A DNA stretch of 64,000 nt, from the NCBI RefSeq assembly GCF_024521635.1, contig NW_026250412.1, forward strand, positions 310,001 to 374,000. The letters are read 5' to 3'. This DNA is from Tricharina praecox (taxonomy: Eukaryota). Shown one piece after another: positions 12,483-24,337 of this stretch (position 1 is the first letter of the stretch; the number at the start of each line of letters is the position of its first letter). The notes under the pieces were generated by a model. It was not told the DNA's origin, searched no databases, and saw nothing but the letters and a program-made list of their open reading frames with translations. The translations under genes were made by a program, and so were the position numbers.

Positions 12483-14154
12483 ATGATCCGGCACCATGCA
12501 ACCACGACCTCCACCTCCACCTCCCCTCCCACCCCTTCCACCACCGTCGGCCCTTCACCCCCCCCACCAGACGACACCGTCCTAACCGACCTCCGCACCC
12601 TGGCGCTAATCCGGCGCGTTCTCTGCACGCACTCGCCTCCGACGCGAGCACTGGACGAGCTCCTCCCCGCGCTGACGAGCAGCGCCGAGACGGACGTGGA
12701 GCTGTACGCGCTGGTGGCGATTGTCGCGCGCGACTACGTGTTCTCGTGGTATGCGGCGCTGTCGAACGATAGCGCGTTTGGACTTGAGGTCGTCGCGTTG
12801 ATTGCACATCTCACCAGGGGCGTCGAGGAGAGGGTTAGGAAGTTGGATTTGGAGGGGTTGTTGCTTGATGAGGTCCCTGCGGTCGTCGAGGCGCATGTGG
12901 CAGGTGAGTTATGGTGGCCCCTGGCGGGGATGGGGGTTAATGTGGCGTGAAGATTATAGGAGGGCGGTTGAGCGAAAGGATACGGCTCTGGCGCCGCAGA
13001 TGGACCTGGCAGAGATCTTTCGGAGTTATCAACCGCATCCGGCGTTCGCGAACGGTGCGGAGAGTGAGCGGCAGTATCTACAGTTGCTTTCGAACGGCTT
13101 GCTTGCGGTGCTCCTTCCGAACGAGGACCTGGATAGCGACTGCGAGCGCTCGCTGCTGCGAGAGATACTTGCGTCGCTGGTGTTCGGGGGCATGCTCGAT
13201 AAGCTCAGCGAGCCATTCATGCTCTACGAAATCATCACTACGCTGGTCCGGAAGCTACAGCCCGACCTCGCGCCGCTCGACCCACCGTCCGTCGTCACGT
13301 CCCGCAGAAGCTCCGTCAAGCCCGGAGCCGTGCGCATAGAAACACCCCCGCCAGGCCCACCGTCGCCGCCTCCCGCGCCCCCGGGAGGCCTCGAGCGCAC
13401 ATTCACCATCGTCGCCAGCGCCGTGAGCACCATCTACAGCGTCCTCGCCTCACTACACCACCTCCTACTCAACCCCCTCCCCCCTCGCCCGCCAAAGCGG
13501 CGCACCCTAATCCGCAGCGCACTCCCGACGTGTCTCTCTACGCTGCTCAACTTCCGGTCGCTGCAACCGTGGCTGCCCTCTGCCATCCGACTTCTCACCA
13601 AGCCCTTCGAGTCGCGCAACACGTTCCTCGGCACGCTCCTCGACGACCTACTGATCAGCAAGCTGACGCCGCACCTCACCTCGCCGCAAATCCTCATCGA
13701 CATCCTCCGATCCGCGCGGGCCACGCTTTTTCCCGGGAACATGCCCGCACCCCCGAGGAAATACCCCTCCGAGAAGGAGAAGAAGCGCATTCGCACCGTT
13801 GCCGAGTATACGCTCCTCGCCGCGTTCCCAGAGGTTGTCACCAAAGTCTGGTGGGGCGCAAGGGAGAAGAAGGATATGGCCAGGCTGGTCGGGAAACACT
13901 GGCTCGACCCATTCGCGGATAAGGACGTGAATAAGGTGCTCATCGTGAGACTGCTCGATCTGATCGTTGGACGGCTGCTGCCTGAGTTGCTGGTTAGTGG
14001 TGGGGTAAAGCTGAGGGGGGTTAGGTCTGGTGATGGTGATAGTCCCTCCGAAGAGAGCCCCGAGGAGAGCCCCGAGGAGGGCGGGAAGGAGGAGAAGCTG
14101 CTGCGGGGGGAGAAGCGGCTCCATGGTGGGAAAGTGCTCGTCGTTAGGGCGTAG
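12483..14154 (+). CDS. PXA-domain protein with a sorting-nexin C-terminal-like region, 2 exons (intron about 12904-12951)
   Basis: PXA motifs LYALVAIVARDYVFSWY, ERQYLQLLSNGLLAVLLP and ERSLLREILASLVF. The C-terminal LDPFADKDVNKVLIVRLLDLIVGRLLPEL resembles Nexin_C. Confidence 0.8.
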
Positions 14155-16093
14155 TGTTGCTTTGATATGCGTCATCTGCATTGCATACTTGCTTCTAGGT
14201 ACTGGTGATTTGTCGTGTGGAGTTTGGGCGTTTTCTTTTTCTTTTCTTTTCTTTACCTTCTCGCCCTCTCGCCCTCGAGCCCATGTGTGGGAGCGGGGGG
14301 TGGCTATAGTAGATAGCAGTTAACAGGTCATTTGTTCCTTTTTCCCCATCGCGCGCGGCGCGCACTCATGTGTTCCGAGATATCGGGTATGATATGTAGC
14401 AGGAAGGATCGTGATCGTGATCACGTCCAGTGCACCTGTCTCGCCTCTTGACTCGAAAGCCACATCCTGCACTTTAGTCCCAAGCTACTCTAGGTACCAG
14501 AGGCCAGAGAGCCACTGGTACTGGCACTGAGGGGTGTGGGGGGACAAGCATGTTCTGCTGTTATCCCGAAGCTGCTATTCCATCCCGCTGACGACGATGG
14601 CGGTGGTGATAGTGATCATGAAACGTTACATGCCTACTACACCTACCAGCTTACCAGCTTACCTTGTGCTCGGACCGCGAAGGGAGCGGGTCTGTAAGAC
14701 TGAGAGATGGGAGAGTGCTGAGACGTGGCTGCAGTCGAAGGTCGAGTGGTGGTTGTGTGGAATATTCACCAAGCATATAGAAAGTATGGTAGGTACTCTA
14801 CTCTACTCGACAGTTTGTTTGGTGCGGGAGAAGACGTTGGCCAGACCGGAACGGTTGCGGAATTCAGGGAGCGAATGAGGCTCACGAGAGAGAGTGCGGG
14901 GGGGTGGTTCGAGACAGCTCGAGGCTCACGCGTGAAGACTAGGGAAGCTCTATGTAGGGTACCAGCTCCAGCTCCCAGCTCCAGTTCTAGCTCCAGCTTA
15001 TCATGAGCCCCCTCCCCCTCCCCCTCCCCTCTCCCCACTTCGAGCTCTCACAGAGCCATAGAGCCACAGCTCTCCGAATATGTAATCTACCCACCTCCCA
15101 AAAGCCAAAGCCCCAAAGCCCACCAGAACACCCATAGAAGCAACTCCTTCCCCACCCAACACGCACCCGCATTTCATGTCCGTGAACCGGTAGTGTTCCC
15201 CTCGCTCGCTCGCTCGGGGGGAAACGCAATTTGTTTTTTTAAAAAAAACATAAAAAAAAATGTGGGCCGGTGGGCCATGCCATGCAGGGTCCGCTCTGCC
15301 CTGTCCTGCCTGCCCCCTCATCCGTACTCCATACCATACGTGACCGAATCAGCCGACGCGCTCGTGTGGGATAGTTGCCAAAGTCGTCTTGTCTTGTCTT
15401 GTCTTGTTAGGCGGGGGTAGAGCTCAAGTTCTCCCCTCCTCCTCGTTCTCTTTCCCCCCTCCTGCTTCTCCTGCTTTTTCTCCTTCTCCTTCTCCTCCCT
15501 CCTCCTCCTCCTCACACACGGAGTTAGAGAAGAGAGAGAGGGAGGACTATTGCTGCTTCAGCTTCTTTATTTGCCCGACTTCTTCTTCATCGACGGACAG
15601 TGAACGGAACGACTGGAGGAAGAGGAAGGTTTAAACCTACATACCATACCTACTACCCATACCAACCGCCTTCCGAAGCTCAGGACGCTCTCTCGCTCTC
15701 GCTCCACCCAGCTCAGCTGCAGGGCCCAGACGTACGGCGGCGGCGGCGCAACCAACCAACCAAACCAACCAACTGGCAGCCGCAGGGCCGCCACAGCTCC
15801 AAAACGTTGCGTTGCGTGAGGAGAGAGAGGAAAAAGAGAAAGAGAAAGAGGAGAAAGGAGAGAGACTGGCTGTACTTGCCGTGCCAGTCGGTCGGCGCGT
15901 ACAACTGCCAGCAAGCAGGCAAGATAGCAGGCAAGCAGGCAAGCCACAGATCGTCCATTGAGCGAGCGAGCATTCCTTAAAGCCCGAGGAGCAGTCGCCG
16001 GAGGTCCCTTTTCGTTTTGTTCTGTTCTGTTCTGTTGGACGGAGAGAAAGAGAGAAAGAGAGAGCTTGACTGCACGCAAAGAAACAAGCGACA

Positions 16094-18064
16094 ATGCCGA
16101 TCCTACCGCGCAGAAGCACCTGGGACGCCGTCGCCGACCACCGAGAAGAGGACCGGAAGAGCCGGCGTCGGCGTTTGCTCAACCGCATAACCCGCTTCGC
16201 ATCGTCGCCGTCCGTGCAGCAGGTGCCGGCCCCCGCTCGGGGGAGCGTCAGCTGCGTCGACTTGCTGAACATTGCCGCCGACTCGGGCTCCGACTCCGGG
16301 AGCGAGCTGGAGCTGTTCGTCGATTGCGCCGAGCCCCCCAAACCCGTCGCTACCGCCACGTGGGGTGACCTGCCCGAAGAGGTCAAGATGAATGTCCTCA
16401 GCTTTTGTGGGCCTACGCAGCTCGTTAAGCTTTCGGCGGTGAGTACGGAGAGCTCGGGGATTGGGTGTGTGTGTGTCTGTGTGCTGATGGCGGGGTGGTA
16501 GGTCAACAAGGAGTTTCACCGGTTGTGCTATGATGGACAGCTGTGGAACACCATCGATGCGTCCGAGTTCTACAATCGTATTCCCGTCGCTCAACTGGCG
16601 CAATTGATCGTTTCGGCGGGGAATTTTGTGCGGCATCTGAACCTACGGTTTGGCCCCTCTAGCTACTCGGGGGCTCCTGGCGGGTGCGCTGACATCGCGT
16701 CCGTACAGCGGGTGTGTCCAGCTCCAAAAGGATTGGCGAGTCGAAGCGGTCGCGAACGTCTGCAGAAACCTCGTCTCGGCGTCGCTGGAAGGCTGCAAGT
16801 TCGAGCGATCGATCGTCCACTTCATCATCATGCGGAATCCGCAGTTGGTGCACGTAAACGTCTCCGGGCTGACGTCGGTGACGAACTCCACCTGCCGCAT
16901 GCTCGCGCAGAGCTGTCCGCTGGTGCAAAGCTTGAATGTTTCGTTCTGCACCAATGCCGATGCGAGAGGGCTTAAGAGGGTGGTCGAGCACTGTAGGGGT
17001 CTGAAGGAGCTTAGAGCCTCGGAATTACACATCAACGATGCCGGGTTGATGCAGGCGCTGTTCAAGAGGAATACGATTGAGAGGCTGCAGCTGGGGGATA
17101 CCGCCGGCGTCACGGACGAGCACATCCGTCTCCTGGTCGAGGGCGTCGACCCCGAGATCGACCCGTTTACGGACCGTAGCACTGCGCCTGCCCGGAAGCT
17201 GGTGCATCTGGATCTTGGCCGGTGTACGCTTCTCACCGATAATACGCTGAGACATCTCACCGGCAATGTCCCGAACCTGCAGCAGCTTGAGCTCGGAGGA
17301 GTCCGTTCTCTTACGGACGCGGGGTTCTCGCAGCTGCTGCCCACGCTGCCGAAGCTGACACATCTCGATATCGAGGAGTGTCAGGAGCTCTCGAATACTA
17401 CGCTGTTCAACATCGCCCGGGGGCCTGCGGCAAAGGTGTTCAAACACCTCCAGGTCAGTTACTGCGATAACATGGGCGACGTCGGGATCGTGGAGCTGTT
17501 ACGGAAATGCGAGAAACTGTGGAATCTCGAGATGGACAACAGTATGTTTTGTCATCGCCGGTCACCTGTGGATGAAATGCAAAGCTTACGTGGCCCTCTC
17601 CAGCCCGAGTGTCAGACCACACCCTCGCCGAAGCAGCCCGCGTCGTCCGTCAGCGCCCCACACCCACCAACAAACCTGCCACCTCGCTCTCGCATGTCGC
17701 CCTGCGCCTCGTCGTCTTCGACTGCCCAAACATCACATGGACCGGCGTGCGCGAGGTCCTCAGCCGCAACACGGAACACATGAGTTCCGAGCCCATCAAG
17801 CCCGGGCTGATCCTTCTCAAGTGCTACTACGAGTACCAGAAGACGGTGGATGAGCACACGCGACACGTTCTGGGGCGCGACGTGGATAAGGCGAATCTGC
17901 TCGAGGATACCTGGGCGAAACATATGATGGCCGCGGAGGAGGCGAGTGCCGCCGTCGGCGGTGCGGGTCATCGTAGAGGCAGGCGGAGGGACAACAATGT
18001 TAACGGCGGATGGGACGGCGATAGACGTAGGGGCTCGAGGGGGGGCGTCTGCGCTATCATGTGA
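16094..18064 (+). CDS. F-box/leucine-rich-repeat protein (FBXL2/20-like) with C-terminal CaaX (CAIM)
   Basis: F-box WGDLPEEVKMNVLSFCGPTQLVKLSAV-NKEFHRLCYDGQLWNTID, multiple cysteine-containing LRRs, 3 GT-AG introns, and the ending GGVCAIM*. Confidence 0.88.
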
Positions 18065-18468
18065 TCGACGCGGACGGGCGGACGGACGAACCTACCGTAT
18101 CTTATGTTTTATTGGAACTACGTTGCGATGCTTTGCTTGTTTATATATCGCGCTTGCTTGCGACGGTATCGGATTGGGACTGGTTTGGGCGGATTGGGAT
18201 TGGGCGGATTGGTTTGATTTGGTCTTGTTGGGAGGGAGGGTGGTGTTTTTGGCTTTGGCTTTACTTGGGGGCTTGAGGGCTTGGGGGGAAGGAAATGACA
18301 GAGGAACGGTTTTGGTTCGGCATACATACGGTACATTCTTTTGCTGGTTCTTAAATCGTTGGCTTGGGTGGTCGGTCGGTTTGAAGGTTTGGCGGTTTGG
18401 GAGGTTAGCTGTTTGGTCGATTGGTCCGGTTGGTGTTTTGTCTACTCTAGATGGTAGTTACTTCTCTA

Positions 18469-18479
18469 GTGGCGGTGGC

Positions 18480-18510
<31 letters not shown>

Positions 18511-18565
18511 TTGGTGTTGGTGTTGGTGTTGGTGTTGGTGTTGGTGTTGGTGTTGGTGTTGGTGG
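18469..18565. repeat. Compound hexamer microsatellite (GGCGGT)n(GGTGTT)n
   Basis: Direct reading. Confidence 0.9.
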
Positions 18566-18764
18566 TGTCGGTGGTGGTGATACATAGTGAATAGATGTCT
18601 TGTATGATCAGTGATCACTGGGTACTGGGTACTAGGCGATACATGTGAAGTCACTCGGACAGAACACTCTTGCCGATTCCACAAAGTGCTCGCTCTCGAA
18701 GCCAGAAAGCCCCATTGAAATTGCCACTGTCTGGAATCCAGATAGGTCGCAAGCAACTTGAATC

Positions 18765-19820
18765 AAAAACCGCCAGGAAGCCTAGACCACACCTTGGCCC
18801 GCCACTCCAGCGTGTGTGCGGTCCTAATCCTTCAATAAGCTTCTTCTAGATGGAATCATGCTACCATTCCGCAAAAGCCAACAGCCAAAAGCTAAATCTT
18901 CTTTACTTTGACCTCCATCCAACCATCCCACCATCCCACCATCCCACCGTCCCTATATCCCTATATAAACCCCCTCCCCCGCCCCTCCCTCCCCCCATTG
19001 CCATTGCCATTACCATGATCTGTGATCCAGCCATATAGCAAGCAACGTAAGTACCTATCTCATACAACGGGAACTGGCCTCCCATCTGGAGGTCTTTTCT
19101 TCACCACTTTTCTTCACCACCACCACTTAGTACCACCACTCAGTACCACCACTCAGTACCGCATTTCAACTTTCACCATGGACTCACCTTCCGACGATGG
19201 AAATAAAAGCGGGCTAAAATGTGTCTAGGTACTAGTATTGAAGTTCTGGTGAAGCCTATCTATTAGGTATTTGGACTTATGGCTGGGACTTATGGCTGAG
19301 TACCTGGTATACTGAGAACTGTCAAACACTCTGTTTTCCTACCTCACGGGTTTTCGGAAACTGAAACTGAAACTGACCAGTAGGTACCTGGTATTCAGTG
19401 TCCCGGCGAGGAACTGAATACTTGGTAGGTACCTATGGCTTTAGAACTGGAAGTCTGAGACTGGAAACTGAGGCCATCCATCCATCCAAACGGGGCCCTT
19501 AATCATTAAACAAAAAACAAAAACAAAAACAAAAACAAAAAAACCGGCAGGAAGCCAGGAAGCCTGGACAATACTACACTACTCTACAGTATGGCCCGCC
19601 CGCCACTCCAGCGTGTGTGCGGTCCTGATCCTTCGATAAGCTTCTTCCAGATGGAATCATGCTACCATTCCTCAAATAAGCAATGGCCAAACCCAAACCT
19701 TCTTTACTTTGACCTCCAACCCACCAACCCACCAACCCACCAACCAACTAACCCACCATCCCTCCATCCCACCATCCCACCGTCCATATACCTATATAAC
19801 CCCCTCCCCCGCCCCGTCCC
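18765..19820 (+). repeat. Closely linked direct duplication of about 200-250 bp (about 18765-18990 and 19540-19820), each copy ending in a TATA box
   Basis: Shared core GCCCGCCACTCCAGCGTGTGTGCGGTCCTrATCCTTCrATAAGCTTCTTCyAGATGGAATCATGCTACCATTCC...CTTCTTTACTTTGACCTCCA...CCTATATAA. Confidence 0.9.
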
Positions 19821-19850
19821 GCCCCATCCCCGCCCCCAAGCACCAACAAA

Positions 19851-20363
19851 ATGCCCCACGACCGCCCCACCTTCGTCCTTCACAAATGCAGGAACATATA
19901 CGACACCGCCACGGGCGAGCGCATCGGCGTCGTGCTGGAGTGCGAGCATGTCGTGGATCTAGAGGAGTGGGAGGAGATTGGAGAGGAGAGTGAGGAGGGG
20001 GACAGTGAGGAAGAGGATGGTGAGGAGAGTGGGGAGGAGGAGGAGGGTGAGGATGGTGAGGAGTGGGAGGAGTGGGAGGAGTGGGAGGAGTGGGAGGAGT
20101 GGGAGGAGTGGGAGGAGTGGGAGGAGAGTAATGGGGAGGAGGGTGAGGAGAGTGGGATGGTGGGTGTGATTGTTGGTGTAGGTGTGATACTCCTGGATGA
20201 GGATGAGGACGAGGATGAGGAGGCAGTGCTGGGGGGGAGTGAGGCGGGAGGGTGCGGTGTGCCACCGGATATGGTTCCGACACGGAGACCAGGGCGACGG
20301 CCAGGGCGACGGTGCAGGAGAGTGCAGTGCAGCCGGGTGCAGTGCTGGGGACGGGGGAACTGA
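19851..20363 (+). CDS. Putative small acidic orphan protein, 170 aa, with (EEW)n repeats
   Basis: TATA box at about 19793, start context CAACAAAATG, GC3-rich N-terminal codons, and a 9-bp repeat GAGGAGTGG. Confidence 0.45.
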   Translation: MPHDRPTFVLHKCRNIYDTATGERIGVVLECEHVVDLEEWEEIGEESEEGDSEEEDGEESGEEEEGEDGEEWEEWEEWEEWEEWEEWEEWEESNGEEGEESGMVGVIVGVGVILLDEDEDEDEEAVLGGSEAGGCGVPPDMVPTRRPGRRPGRRCRRVQCSRVQCWGRGN

Positions 20364-20986
20364 TGGGACAGCCTCCCCGAGATCGGGGGCCGAGTTAAGG
20401 CAAGGCAAAGCAAGGGACGAAATGGGGCGGGTGGTCGGGTGAGTTCTTATGATGCGGCCTTTCCGTGGGGTACCTATTGTTTTATGATATATCCTTCTCT
20501 GTTGCGGGGAGCCGGGGACGGAGGAGCTCCAATATTCTGCTAAATACATCTCGACTCTTCTATTAGGAAATGGTTTTTTTTACAGTATTACATCGCGAGT
20601 TTTTTTCTTTCTCGACTCGATCGTCTGCTTTCTTCCCGTTGCGTCTTTGAATGGGTCCAAAATCCGCACTTAACTACGGTAGTGTGATTCCCGCCCATGC
20701 CGCGCCTTATCGTGGCGGTTGACGGGGGATCAACGCGGCATAGCCGTAGTCGTGGTCGTGGCCGTGGTCACGGCGGACGGAGGCAAGGTACATGCGCTAA
20801 CCGACTGACACACGACTACTACCTATCTGCTACGAGAGCACCTGAGCTCCCCCAGTCCCAACCTCCCTCGCTCCCTCCTGCTTCGACATCACCGAAAGAG
20901 AGGCGAAGAGAAAGGACCTCTTTATTACTTTCTACCAATTTCCACATACACGTACGAGACTCGAGACTCGAGGAAACGCAGCAGCC

Positions 20987-22520
20987 ATGCCGCCAAATCT
21001 TGTCATTATTGCCCTGGTTACTGGTGTACGTACTGGGAAGAGAGAGAGGGAGATGGAGAGAAAGAGGGAGAGACAGCTAATGAGGATGCGTGCGTGTAGA
21101 TGCTGGCGACCGGTGTCGCCAATACCCTCTTGACCAAGTACCAGGACATGCAATGTGTCCGCGACTGCGACAACCCCGATCCCGAGAAGCGCCATGTCTT
21201 CGAGCAGCCGGTGATGCAGACGTGAGCTTCCCCCTCGCGTCCAACGAGCCCGGTTAGCAGGAGCTAATAGGGTGTATGCAGACTGCAGATGTTTGTCGGC
21301 GAGATGGGTACGCGACTTTTTGCTACGGAGTGGCGGGGCTATGGGGTGCGAGCGCGGTGCTGATGTCGTGTGTGCGTAGGATGCTGGTTAATCGTCGGCT
21401 GCTTCTCGCTGCGATCGCTGTACCGTCGGAAACGTCGCGAAAACGACGGGTACCAGCCGGTGGGTCCGTCCGAGGACGAAGAGGACAGTGCGCTCACCGC
21501 GAGCATGAGCACGGCGCCAAAGGCTGTCTACGACGACGGGCGTATTCCAATCTCCGGGATGAAGGTGTTCCTACTTGCGATCCCGGCCTGCTGCGATATC
21601 GCCGGGACTACCCTGATGAACGTCGGATTGCTGTTCGTGGCGGCGAGTATCTACCAGATGACGCGTGGCGCCCTCGTGCTTTTTGTAGGGCTGTTCAGTG
21701 TGCTGTTCTTGAAGCGCGTGCTGTACCCGTTCCAGTGGTTCGCGCTGTTCGTGGTCGTCATCGGTGTGGGTGTGGTGGGAATGGCCGGCGCGATATTTAA
21801 GGACCCGGCGCCAGAGGACCGGATCAAGGCGAACCAGGGCAAGGGAATGGGGGATCTGTCGCCGGCGGTGAGCACGGTCATCGGGGTGCTCCTGATCGCG
21901 TTCGCGCAGATCTTCACGGCGACGCAGTTTGTGGTCGAGGAATGGGTGCTCGAGAAGTACTCGCTCGAGCCGCTCAAGGTCGTCGGCTGGGAGGGAATCT
22001 TTGGCTTCGTTGTCACCGTGCTCGGAATGACGATCCTCCACTTTACGGTCGGTGTTACGCCCGAGGGTCAGAATGGCTACTTCGATGCCGTCGAGGGCTG
22101 GAGGGAGATCACGTCGTACCCCACTGTGGCTTTCTCGTCGCTCGCCATCATGGTCTCCATCGGCGGCTTCAACTTCTTTGGTATCTCGGTTACTAGGTCT
22201 ATCTCCGCTACCGCAAGGAGCATCATCGATACCTGCCGCACGCTGTTCATCTGGGTCGTGTCGTTGGCCCTGCACTGGGAGAGCTTCAAGTGGCTGCAGA
22301 TCTTGGGATTCGCCCTCTTGGTCTACGGCACATTCCTGTTCAATGGTAACTACACGCCTCCCCTGTTCTCCCATCATCACATACTAATCAAAATACAGAA
22401 CTGGTACAACCCCCGCTCCGCTGCTGCCTCGGAAACCGCAAGGCCGAGGACGAGGACGGCTCCGGCACCGACGAGGCGCGTGCAGGACTGCTGCCGGAAG
22501 GGCCCGTCGAGCACGTGTAG
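20987..22520 (+). CDS. SLC35F6-like drug/metabolite (nucleotide-sugar) transporter family protein, 5 exons
   Basis: MLATGVANTLLTKYQDMQCV, FEQPVMQTLQMFVGEMGCW, PACCDIAGTTLMNVGL, SIYQMTRGALVLFVG, QFVVEE, VGWEGIFG and SATARSIIDTCRTLFIW. Confidence 0.9.
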
Positions 22521-24337
22521 TACAGCGCAGCGTAAGGGCAGTAACTGTGGTGGTGGCGGTGGTGACGGTGGCATGACTATGATGTGTGGGGTCGGATTGA
22601 TCGGGGACTTTTGTGCTTCGCTTTGCTTTGCTTGCTTGGTTTATTGCATTATTGCATCCGTACGTCTGTTTATTGTTTATTGCAAAGCGCGTTTTAAAGC
22701 TATCCTGTCCCGTGGGCTTGTTCTCCTTCGAGGGAGAGATCGTGGACCAGTGAAGACGCCGGTGGGATTGGGACTCAGGAGTTGGATGCTTGATACATAT
22801 ATCCTGCGAGGAAGATCGGATGTGACTTGATAGAATTCATCCCAATCCGAACTAATCAATCATACGGCGCATTTGGGGGGTTATAGTAGAATACTGCCTA
22901 GGTACCTACCTCTTACCCATACTATCATCTCGGAGATCTGAGACCGGAGAGAAGTATACGGACAGGAGCGGGAGGTGACAAACTGACAGTGCATATCGAC
23001 AAAGCACAGGCAGTAACAGGCAGTTGCAAGCTTACAGCACGGGGAGGTGAATCCGGCGATTACAGTATTCGACAGGACTGGTAAATCGCCGACGAAAGCT
23101 ACAAACGCTTTAACCGCATCCCAGCTTAACGCTCAAGCCAGATAGGTAGGTAGACAGTTACCGCCGGTCGTCCAGGCGGCGGAGTCGGATGTGATATGGT
23201 TTAACCACGGAGGGGGGCGGGTATGACAATGGGGGACGGCCAGACCTCAGTGGAGTAACTGTCCAGGCGTCAGCGGGTCACTGAGGAGGAGGACAGTGTG
23301 TAGCGGAAGTTACGACTCACGAGTGATCACGGTTGCGGCGGTAGTACTGTAGTAACCAACTAAGTGCCTAGCTGTAAACCGCTGGGGGCCGGAGAGAGCA
23401 GGAAGGAAGAGTGGAAGGAGCGGGAGAGGAGAGGAGAGGAGCGGCTGGTATGTATGGGAGTCGAGAACTCTCCTCTAATGACCGAGGGAAACGGGGGACG
23501 CGGAGGACGGGAGTAGCGGCCCTGGCGGGGGAAGATAATAGGTAATTAGGCCTGGAGAGGGTGGACATTGGCAGCTATAACTAAACGGTGCCGTTGCTGA
23601 ATCGAAAAGAGGCCACATTCATCCTGTATAGGTATACCTAGTGGAGGGGTGGGGGGGGGGGGGTAAAAATGGTAGTGATATGGTATCAGTACGGTCAAAA
23701 TACGAGTTTTTAATGCCCTTATACGATATCAATATGCGTCCGGCGGGAAGCAACGTTTTTATTACCCCCCTTGAACAAGGTATACAGTCGGTAGGATATG
23801 ATACGCAGTGCAGTGGATTCTCATGAATACATCTTACATCCTACAGAATCGAGGGTGGGCGCATTTGAATTTTGAATATGGGGCCCATAATGGAGTCCTC
23901 TCTGAATGTGAAACCCAAACCGAACCAGATCCATACACCAGCCTGTTGGCTGTATTTTTAGGTATTGATACTGTACCTATTGCCGTCGACGCGTATCCAC
24001 GAGCGCGAATGTGAATCCGGTAATGGAAGGGAAGCAACTGAGAGTCCCGGTACAACACCACCATATCCTGCTACAGGGTTGGCATATTCAAAGACTTGCG
24101 ATACGTTCGGCCAAATTGTGCAATCAGGGGCACTGTGCCCACATGGACTCCAAAATATAGCGGAGTTGGGAAATCTGCTGTGTTTTGGGCGACGGTCTGG
24201 ATACTGTGACGAGACTACCCTCACTATTTGCCTCCATATGACTTCCGAACACCTCCGCCACGGAATAACGCTGCGCTCTTAATTCCAGTCCCGAAGAGTA
24301 TTCTGTGCCGCCATCGCCTTCGCCACCCACTAATGCC

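Noticed and set aside
23700..24300. Lower-GC stretch with several short ORFs
   Set aside because: No recognisable motif or consistent exon structure; could be a relic but unsupported.
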